Below are positions 56,409 through 64,000 of a stretch of DNA of 64,000 bases, piece after piece. The position numbers and the translations under genes were made by a program. The DNA lies in IMG/VR virus record IMGVR_UViG_3300011215_000001. One strand, 5' to 3'. The DNA comes from an uncultured virus (IMG/VR IMGVR_UViG_3300011215_000001) (Duplodnaviria > Heunggongvirae > Uroviricota > Caudoviricetes). Position 1 is the first letter of the stretch, and each line of letters begins with the position of its first letter. Under the pieces are notes generated by a model. It ran no database searches. It had not been told where the DNA came from and saw only the letters and a list, made by a program, of their open reading frames with translations.

Positions 56409-59400
56409 TTGATATACAATAAAACACCACTGAAACTAGGGGAAATTGATTTTACCAAAAAAGTGATTAACCCAATTATATATTTGTGTAAACCTAACAA
56501 AGAGATTATTTCGATTATCAATGAAAGTTATAATATTGTTTATAGTAAAAAATTAGGTTCTTTAAATGAATTAGTTTTTAGGATTCCAAACACAATCGAA
56601 AAATTCCACACAATGGCAATGAATGATAATGCGACAATGATTAGAGGTAGATACCTATTAAAGTTAAGACTTGGTAACTACGAAGAATATTTCATTGTAA
56701 GTACAGTGTCAAAAACATTTGATATTAGTGAAGAATTCTTAGAAGTAAAGGCTTTCAGTTTAGGGTATGAATTAAACGACAAAATTATTAGAGGGCTTGA
56801 AGTAACTTCGAAAACAGCTACAGAATTATTGAACTTGTTGCTAGTTGATACAATTTGGAATATTGGTTACATTGATTCTGAATTTGACTTAAAGATGAGA
56901 GGATTAAATGTTTCTTCAAGTACAGTACTAGAACTTGTGTTTCAAGTTGCTGAAACATTTAATGCACTAGTAGTATGGGATTCATTAAAAAGAGAAATCA
57001 ACTTTTTCAGACCAGATACAGTAGGAGAAGATAAAGGATTTTCAATAAAATATGGGAAATATTTAGAATCCTTAAATCAAGAAGACAATTCAGAAGAAGT
57101 TATTACAAGGCTAAAAGTGTATGGTGAAGAAGACTTAACAATTCGTTCTGTTAACCCTACAGGCACTACATACATAGAAGACTTTAGTTATTTCTTAGCT
57201 CCATACAAGGAAGAAAGAGACTATTCGGAAACTGCAATCAGTTCATTAAATATCAAAAACGATTGGACTATAGATGATACAAGTTTAGTTTCAGTTAATG
57301 GTGATATATTAGAACTAAATTCAAATGTAATATCTAACAAAATTATTTCATCACTCAAATTTAAGAAGTATGAGTTCATGTTTGAATTAAAAGGTGTATC
57401 TCAAGGAGATGGAATCAGTGCTATTGTTAGATACATTGATGAGAACAACTACATAAAAGTGACATGGGATAATGGTTATCTTAACCCAGTGTTGAATGCT
57501 CTGATTATAAAAAGAGATGGTCTTGTAACTCAAATGAAAGACCTTGAGAAAAGCTTAGTTAAAGCTGAAACTGAGCTGTTTGAACTTAAGACAGAAGAAT
57601 TGACTTTACAAGATGATATTAGTGTTTATCAAACTCTTCAAGGTAAATATGAAGCAATAATTATCAGTGAAGAAGCAAGAGGTAGAGACACTACAGAACT
57701 AAAAGTAAAAGTCGAAAATTTAAAGGCGAAGATTTTAGAAGCACAAGCAAAAGTACCAGTTAATAAAGCAAACATTACAAGTAAAGAGTCAGAAATAACT
57801 CAATTAAAAGCAAATTTAGAATTGAAAAAAGAAGAAATTAAAGTTGCAGAATCTGAAATTGAAGATGAAAAGAAAAAGGACATTCCTTCTAAATTAAAGA
57901 TAGTAGAAGTTAGAGATGGAGTTCAAAGTGTAGTAGCTGAATCTGATACATTAGATGGTTGGAGTGACAATGTTAAGTACAAGGTATCAGTATCACTAAT
58001 CAATAGACTAGTGGTTGTGAAAATTGATGATAGACTTGCTTTAGAATATGAAGATAAATCTCTAGATTTCAAAGAAGAGAACACAAATTTTGGTATCTTG
58101 AACAGTAAGGCATCATTAGATATTGAAAACGTAGTAATTAAAAAAAGAGATTTTGAAGTCCTTGAAAGAAGCGATTACATGTCAGTAGAGCTTTCACACT
58201 ATATACTGGCATATCTTGATTTACAAGATGAGCTTAGAGAAGAATTCAAGTCCATTCTTGACAAAAAAGAAGCATATAATGGCATTCTGCTTGTTAAGAA
58301 CAATGAGCTTAATCAATTGCAAAATCAATTAAAAATCCTATTGGACGAAAGAGATATTATCAACACAAGAATTGCACAAAAGAATGACCAAATCAATCAT
58401 GCTGATAATGCATTGTCTGAAACTAGTAATCTTGAAGGTGACTTAAGGACTTTAACAAATAACTTGAACATAAAATTAATGGAAATTAAAGCTAAAGAAG
58501 CTGAAATTAAAATTAAGGAAACTGAAATTATTGCAGTAAGAGATAATCTTAATCATGAAGATTTCTTGATGAATCTATTAAGTGTAAAACTTGATGTAAA
58601 TAATTTTTTTCCGAAAAGAATAGCTGATGAGAGAAATCAATTTGTAATTGAAAAAGAATGGTCTGACAGTAATATTACTGAGGCGAAAGACCTTTTAGAA
58701 GAAGGGTTAAAAGTATTCGAAGATTACAAAAAACAAAAAATCACATTAAGTATTGGCGTAGTGAACTTCCTTGCAATGATAACTGAGCAAAGAAACTGGG
58801 ATAAATTAAATATGGGTGACACTTTTAAAATAGAACAAGATAGGCTAAACATTGACTACAAGGCAAAATTAATAGAAGCTGAATTTAGATTTGAAGATGC
58901 TGAAATTGATATAAAAATAACTAATGTTCAAGACTTATATTCAACTAAAGACAAGTTTTTAGAGATGTTATATTCATCTCATTCATCCTCTGTTACTTTA
59001 GAAAAAGACAAATGGAAATGGGACTTATCATTAGAAAATAAAGGTTCTATAAATCAAATTATAAATGGAAAATGGGATGCAAATAAACAAGCTATAATAG
59101 GTGCTAAAGACCAAGTAGTTGAAATTTCAGATAGAGGTTTATTAATTCGTGACCCTAATAACCCTAATGATTATTTAGTTGGTTTAAATAGTATGATTGC
59201 TATTACAAATGATGGTGGTCAGACTTGGAAACATGCTATTACATCAACTGGTATTGTTGGTGAAAGAATATACGGAAAAGTAATTATGGGTGTAAATCTA
59301 GCAATCGAAGATGAGCATGGGATAGTAAAATGGCAAGGCTCTAAAGGAGAAATCTTTGATAGAAACGGAAACCTTGTAATGAAAATGGGGCTTGTTTCAG

Positions 59401-62015
59401 AACCACCAGAATCTAAAGGTGAGTGCTTTGGTTTAGTTTCATTTAATGACGTTACTAGAGTTAGTGTTACTGATTGTGTAGGTTTTGCTATCGAGCAAAA
59501 GCATGATGGTGATTGGCGCAAGGTGTTATGGGCTAATACAGATGGAACATTATATTCTTATGGAGTGGTAGCTAAAAACATTAAAATTATCAACAATGTA
59601 GATGAGTTGATAATGGATGCTGAAAATAATATATTCAATCTTGGTCTTTTCGAAGAGATTGTTGCAGATGGAAAATTAACTACATTAGAAAAACTACAAT
59701 TGGTTACTGAGTTATATTCAATTCATTCCGATTATAAACTCCTATTAGCACAAGCAGGGGAATATATGAGAGTACATGCCGATGACATCATTGACATGGA
59801 AGGTGAATTTAAAGTACACCCAGAGCTTGACCCAAACAAAAAAACACTTCCAACAGAACCTTCAATTGTTGATAGATATTCAACAACCCCACTAGCTGAT
59901 GCTTATGCAAATTTAATCAATTACATGAGTAATTACATAAAAGTAGTTGAGAAAGGCATAGGTGCAAATCCACTAGAAATAGACATCAAAGATAAGCTTA
60001 CTGAGTCTACAAGTGAAATTCCAGACAGAGCAGAATTCATAGGCAAGTTTAAAGCATACTATGATGAAGCAACAAAACTAAGAAATGAAATACAGGATAC
60101 TCTATTTACGAGCAGTATAAATATGGGTGAATATTATAATAACATGGTTTTAGGCAAACATGGTTTAGTTGTGATGCGTAACGATGGTAAGTATAGAGCT
60201 TACTTAAATGCAACTAATGGACTCGCACTACAGAAATGGGAAGGCAACAAATGGGTTAACAAGGTTTATGCGTCAATAGGAAACAGCGAGTATGCTGATG
60301 GTACATTGATTGCAGAAGACTTAGTTGCAAAAAGACTAAGAATAGAGACATCACATGGGAAAGTATTATTAGATGCTGATTCATTGAATCTAGACTTCAC
60401 TGTTCTTAATGCTATTGTCTATGATGATATTATCATGTCACCAGAAAAGTCAACAATGTTAAATCAATTTAAGGTTATAACAGAACAGAAAAATAAGTTG
60501 AAAGAGCAAATTTCTAGGTACGTTAACACTATTTATAATGACAGGGATAATTCTTATTTTGGCTTAGATACAGCTAGAACTAGATTACTTGATGCAGAAG
60601 TTTTTCTAGATGCAAGTTATGATAAATTAAAAGCTAAATTAGATATAGTGTTTACAGATATGAATGAGAAAACTGTTATTTCTACAGATTTAAAAATGAC
60701 AAAAGAGGCATTTTTAGAATTATGGAAACAGTTTTACGCAAATTATGAGCTTGTTAGAAGTAGGTTAGAAGACTTTTTAGAGAAGTCCTCATTACAGCTA
60801 GGGAGAAACTACAACAACACTGTAATCGATGCTGAGAATGGTGTAACAGTAACTAGAGGGGATATTAAAACTAGAACTAGATTAAATGCAACACAGGGTA
60901 TAGAGATTGCTAGAAATGATGGAACTGCATTAAGTCCAGTGTGGACTCCAGTATTCTGGGTTGATACAACAGGATATTTATTTGCCAAAGATATCACAAC
61001 TCATGGACTTCATATTGTAGATGGTGATTTGGGAGAAAGAATAACATTTCACTATTATGATGGTATTACTATCTATGGTTACAATGGGGCAACTATCTAT
61101 TTAAATGCTAATGATGCAATAAAAATAGACATGAATGGAGATACAAAATTTAGAGTTGATGTGGAGTCTGGGGGCTTATATGCAAAGGATATCACAACAC
61201 ATAATCTAAAAATTGTTGATGGATTCCTTGGTGAGAAAATAATCTTTGACCATGATAAAGGTATCACAATCAATGGTAACAATGGTGAACAAATTCGTTT
61301 AAATGCTAATGAGGGTATTGCTATTGATGTTGATGGTGAGAAAAGGATTTGGATTGGGAATGATGGTTATATCTATGGTAAAAAACTAGTAATCATTGGT
61401 GATGATTCAGAAGACTTAATAAAAGATGTTGATGGTTCATATATCTCTGATTTAACAGTTAACAGCTTAAAAACGCTTGGTAGACAGAATTCTATGCAAG
61501 ATATTATACATATTGAAAAGAACTTCATGCGATTCAATACTTGGTATTCAAATAATGAAAAAACAAAATTAGAATTTACTTATGAAGGTAGTGGTGACAC
61601 TTCATATCCTGTAATGATTTTAGGTGCAGGAAATGGAAGGTCGTATGGAAGTGGCTCTGAAAAAGCTAAAATTTACAAAGATAATAAAAAATTTGCTATA
61701 GAATACGATGCACCTAATGGGGTAATGACAAAGTTCTACTTTAATGAATCAGACTCAGATGATGAAGGTCAAGCAGTTTATTTTGAATCAAAAGGTGGAG
61801 TTCGTTTCCACTCAGATAAGAAGTTTGTTGCCAAGACTGATTTATATGAATTTTTCAGAGTTGTTAAAGGACAAGATGCTAAAATGCAGTTTGGTCAATA
61901 CTCTTGGATTTCGCTAGAAAAAGATAATCTGATGATTCGTTTTGATACGAATAATTACATTAAGATTTCATCTAGTGGTGTAGAAATAAAAGGCTCGAAA
62001 ATAAGCTTAAACTAG
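56409..62015 (+). CDS. giant tail hub/spike (Tal-like) protein
   Basis: 1868 aa; hub N-domain (VITRLKVYG, NPTGTTYIEDFSYF), coiled coils, repeated LNA(T/N)xG(I/L) units, beta-helix-like end IKISSSGVEIKGSKISLN. Confidence 0.8.
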   Translation: MIYNKTPLKLGEIDFTKKVINPIIYLCKPNKEIISIINESYNIVYSKKLGSLNELVFRIPNTIEKFHTMAMNDNATMIRGRYLLKLRLGNYEEYFIVSTVSKTFDISEEFLEVKAFSLGYELNDKIIRGLEVTSKTATELLNLLLVDTIWNIGYIDSEFDLKMRGLNVSSSTVLELVFQVAETFNALVVWDSLKREINFFRPDTVGEDKGFSIKYGKYLESLNQEDNSEEVITRLKVYGEEDLTIRSVNPTGTTYIEDFSYFLAPYKEERDYSETAISSLNIKNDWTIDDTSLVSVNGDILELNSNVISNKIISSLKFKKYEFMFELKGVSQGDGISAIVRYIDENNYIKVTWDNGYLNPVLNALIIKRDGLVTQMKDLEKSLVKAETELFELKTEELTLQDDISVYQTLQGKYEAIIISEEARGRDTTELKVKVENLKAKILEAQAKVPVNKANITSKESEITQLKANLELKKEEIKVAESEIEDEKKKDIPSKLKIVEVRDGVQSVVAESDTLDGWSDNVKYKVSVSLINRLVVVKIDDRLALEYEDKSLDFKEENTNFGILNSKASLDIENVVIKKRDFEVLERSDYMSVELSHYILAYLDLQDELREEFKSILDKKEAYNGILLVKNNELNQLQNQLKILLDERDIINTRIAQKNDQINHADNALSETSNLEGDLRTLTNNLNIKLMEIKAKEAEIKIKETEIIAVRDNLNHEDFLMNLLSVKLDVNNFFPKRIADERNQFVIEKEWSDSNITEAKDLLEEGLKVFEDYKKQKITLSIGVVNFLAMITEQRNWDKLNMGDTFKIEQDRLNIDYKAKLIEAEFRFEDAEIDIKITNVQDLYSTKDKFLEMLYSSHSSSVTLEKDKWKWDLSLENKGSINQIINGKWDANKQAIIGAKDQVVEISDRGLLIRDPNNPNDYLVGLNSMIAITNDGGQTWKHAITSTGIVGERIYGKVIMGVNLAIEDEHGIVKWQGSKGEIFDRNGNLVMKMGLVSEPPESKGECFGLVSFNDVTRVSVTDCVGFAIEQKHDGDWRKVLWANTDGTLYSYGVVAKNIKIINNVDELIMDAENNIFNLGLFEEIVADGKLTTLEKLQLVTELYSIHSDYKLLLAQAGEYMRVHADDIIDMEGEFKVHPELDPNKKTLPTEPSIVDRYSTTPLADAYANLINYMSNYIKVVEKGIGANPLEIDIKDKLTESTSEIPDRAEFIGKFKAYYDEATKLRNEIQDTLFTSSINMGEYYNNMVLGKHGLVVMRNDGKYRAYLNATNGLALQKWEGNKWVNKVYASIGNSEYADGTLIAEDLVAKRLRIETSHGKVLLDADSLNLDFTVLNAIVYDDIIMSPEKSTMLNQFKVITEQKNKLKEQISRYVNTIYNDRDNSYFGLDTARTRLLDAEVFLDASYDKLKAKLDIVFTDMNEKTVISTDLKMTKEAFLELWKQFYANYELVRSRLEDFLEKSSLQLGRNYNNTVIDAENGVTVTRGDIKTRTRLNATQGIEIARNDGTALSPVWTPVFWVDTTGYLFAKDITTHGLHIVDGDLGERITFHYYDGITIYGYNGATIYLNANDAIKIDMNGDTKFRVDVESGGLYAKDITTHNLKIVDGFLGEKIIFDHDKGITINGNNGEQIRLNANEGIAIDVDGEKRIWIGNDGYIYGKKLVIIGDDSEDLIKDVDGSYISDLTVNSLKTLGRQNSMQDIIHIEKNFMRFNTWYSNNEKTKLEFTYEGSGDTSYPVMILGAGNGRSYGSGSEKAKIYKDNKKFAIEYDAPNGVMTKFYFNESDSDDEGQAVYFESKGGVRFHSDKKFVAKTDLYEFFRVVKGQDAKMQFGQYSWISLEKDNLMIRFDTNNYIKISSSGVEIKGSKISLN

Positions 62016-62026
62016 GGAGGCATAAC

Positions 62027-62506
62027 ATGGCACAGATAGCTTTAAAAGATGCTACGATAGCTGATTCAACTGCCCCTAACCATATTACATATAGTACTCA
62101 AGAATATCAAGGTGAGTCAGCTCCATATTGCGTAGCTTGGGATATGTATGGTCAATGTATACAATACAGAACTGACCCTGTTTATGGCTCAGTAAACAAA
62201 ACTACAAGTGCAACAGTGAAGGGCAAAACAGCTACACCTACAGTAACAAATGTAACAATTCAAGGAAAAGCACCTATTGTTCAAGGTGATAAGACCACTG
62301 AAAATGACACATACACACTACCTAGTGGTGGTGTATATGTAAGTGGTTCACATTCTAACGGACAAGGCACAGTTTCTAATGGTAATAATAAAAATGTATA
62401 TGTTAATGGAAAGTTGTTAGCTGTAGTTGGTTCTAATGTGACAACCCATGCAGGGACTACAACAACTATAAATGGTGGAGGTAGCTCTACTGTTTCTATA
62501 GGCTAA
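62027..62506 (+). CDS. PAAR-like spike tip protein
   Basis: NVTIQGKAPIVQGD, H..GTVSNG..NVYVNGKLLAVVGS, H..TINGGGSSTVSIG. Confidence 0.65.
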   Translation: MAQIALKDATIADSTAPNHITYSTQEYQGESAPYCVAWDMYGQCIQYRTDPVYGSVNKTTSATVKGKTATPTVTNVTIQGKAPIVQGDKTTENDTYTLPSGGVYVSGSHSNGQGTVSNGNNKNVYVNGKLLAVVGSNVTTHAGTTTTINGGGSSTVSIG

Positions 62507-62522
62507 TAAAGGAAGTGAAAAA

Positions 62523-63710
62523 ATGACACAATCAAAACCATATAATAATTTTGATTATTTAGACCCCATACTTATTGTTTGGCGTTCTGGTAAGGAAGAT
62601 GACCCTTATGTAGATAGAAGAGAGTATTTGAAGGTTGTACAGCACAAGGTTGTCTTAGCGGAAATCCCAGATAGATTTACTAGAGTTCAAATAGAAGGAC
62701 TTGAAGAAGTTAATGTAGAAAGAGTCTCAGCTAAAGAATTGAAAGAAAATCAATTTGCTGTAGATTATGCTTCTGGGTTCATTCTATTCCATGAATCTCA
62801 TGAAGCAAAGACTGTTAATGCTAAATATAAAGGTAGAGGATTTATTCAATATCCTGCATCTAGAGTTTACTATCAAGATAATTTTAATGATGTTGTCTTA
62901 ACTCTTGAAGATATTATTGTAAGAACCAAAGAAAGTTACGATAAATTTAATCAAGCCTTAGATGAAAAGTTATCTGACTATTATCAAGTTCGTGATTTAT
63001 TGCTACATACAATTGATGAATCGAAGAAAGCGACAGATAATGCTAATCAAGCAGTAGATAAAGCAAATCAAGCCTTAAGCATGGCAGAGTACGCTAGCAA
63101 AACAACGCTTTTGATTTTCAGACCATATGCAAGCAGTTATTATGACATGATAACTAAAAATCCATCACCGCAAGTAGGTTGGACTGTTCAAGTATATGAT
63201 ACAGGTATTAGATATAGATATGATGGCAGTAAATGGATGCCAATTGACTTATTTGGTGGAAATATTGTAATTGCAAATGACAACTTAAATGGTTTGATGT
63301 CAAAGGAAGATTACAAAAAACTTCAAGCATTAAATGACAAAGTAAATATGTCAAAAGTTGAAGAAAAAGTGTTAGTATTTTGTGCTAGGTATTTGGATAT
63401 TGGAATAAATAGTTTAGTTTTAAAGTTCCCTTATAAGGGTGAGATAATTTCTATAAAAGCAATAGCATCACAGATAGGAACAGTAATTACAGAATTAGAT
63501 ATAGAAAAATCGATTGATTTTAATACATGGGTATCAGTGTTAGATAATTCATATTTAACTTTTGATGCTAATTCCCATGCAGACAATGGGAAACATAAAA
63601 TTCTGATAAATGATGTAGCCCAAAATACATTATTCAGAATTAGGGCGAAATCGCTAGCAGAAACCTTAGAAGGTATAAGTATAGAAATAAAAATAAGATT
63701 AGTAAAATAA
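62523..63710 (+). CDS. baseplate/tail structural protein
   Basis: 395 aa; FAVDYASGFILF..YKGRG, NGLMSKEDYKKL. Confidence 0.65.
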   Translation: MTQSKPYNNFDYLDPILIVWRSGKEDDPYVDRREYLKVVQHKVVLAEIPDRFTRVQIEGLEEVNVERVSAKELKENQFAVDYASGFILFHESHEAKTVNAKYKGRGFIQYPASRVYYQDNFNDVVLTLEDIIVRTKESYDKFNQALDEKLSDYYQVRDLLLHTIDESKKATDNANQAVDKANQALSMAEYASKTTLLIFRPYASSYYDMITKNPSPQVGWTVQVYDTGIRYRYDGSKWMPIDLFGGNIVIANDNLNGLMSKEDYKKLQALNDKVNMSKVEEKVLVFCARYLDIGINSLVLKFPYKGEIISIKAIASQIGTVITELDIEKSIDFNTWVSVLDNSYLTFDANSHADNGKHKILINDVAQNTLFRIRAKSLAETLEGISIEIKIRLVK

Positions 63711-63725
63711 GGAGAGTGTACATAA

Positions 63726-64000
63726 ATGGCAAATTTTGTATCACCACAAGTATCATGGAGAAATGTAGATAAAGTAAATCCTGCTAACTCAAACAAATTT
63801 CAGTTAGCACAACCATATGATTTTGGACAAGTAGATGCAGGGTATATTCCTACACCAAATGATTATTACAGTTTTTTAATCTGGAATAACTACGGAAATC
63901 AGAACGACAATGCACCAAAAATGGAAGATGTAACAATTGGTGTAAAAGATAGTGGAGGTGGTAATGGTAACGCTGTTGGTTCAGAAGTTCAATCTATCAA
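63726..64000 (+). CDS. tail structural protein (partial)
   Basis: AAGGAG RBS; MANFVSPQVSWRN...YDFGQVDAG...FLIWNN, open to window end. Confidence 0.7.
   Translation, partial: MANFVSPQVSWRNVDKVNPANSNKFQLAQPYDFGQVDAGYIPTPNDYYSFLIWNNYGNQNDNAPKMEDVTIGVKDSGGGNGNAVGSEVQSI

Noticed and set aside
45914..63796. Minus-strand ORFs within tail genes (e.g. 46748..47353, 49862..50311)
   Set aside because: Shadow frames of Glu/Lys-rich coding sequence
56409..64000. Diversity-generating retroelement or shufflon in tail tip genes
   Set aside because: No reverse transcriptase, template/variable repeat pair or invertible cassette seen; internal repeats are protein-level

Overview
AT-rich (~30% GC) 64 kb segment of a large temperate Bacillales siphophage or phage-plasmid whose morphogenesis gene order resembles SPbeta (synteny recalled, not searched). 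(1) 1-13.7 kb: leftward block of ~30 small, mostly unknown genes, at least one with a polyvalent-protein domain. Most are preceded by one bipartite motif, minus-strand GTGTGA-N16-TACCT (24 copies), and the block is headed by a divergent sigma70/ECF-like gene whose leader has an rrn-type boxA. (2) 13.7-14.8 kb: non-coding stretch with Fur-box-like sites, possibly the genome terminus. (3) 14.8-24.4 kb: small genes, two wHTH Rep-like proteins, a convergent ncRNA pair, a ParM/ParR-like operon with phased AT-rich repeat arrays and an atypical tyrosine recombinase. (4) 24.5-30.5 kb: RecD2, HU, an ~800 nt structured ORF-free RNA candidate (ROOL/GOLLD class) and 9 tRNA or tRNA-like genes with an embedded 16S anti-Shine-Dalgarno mimic. 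(5) 30.6-64 kb: terminase, portal, protease/scaffold, capsid, tail, a second recombinase, a 2935 aa tape measure, split Dit, giant Tal and a PAAR-like tip. All functional calls come from motifs and synteny read by eye.
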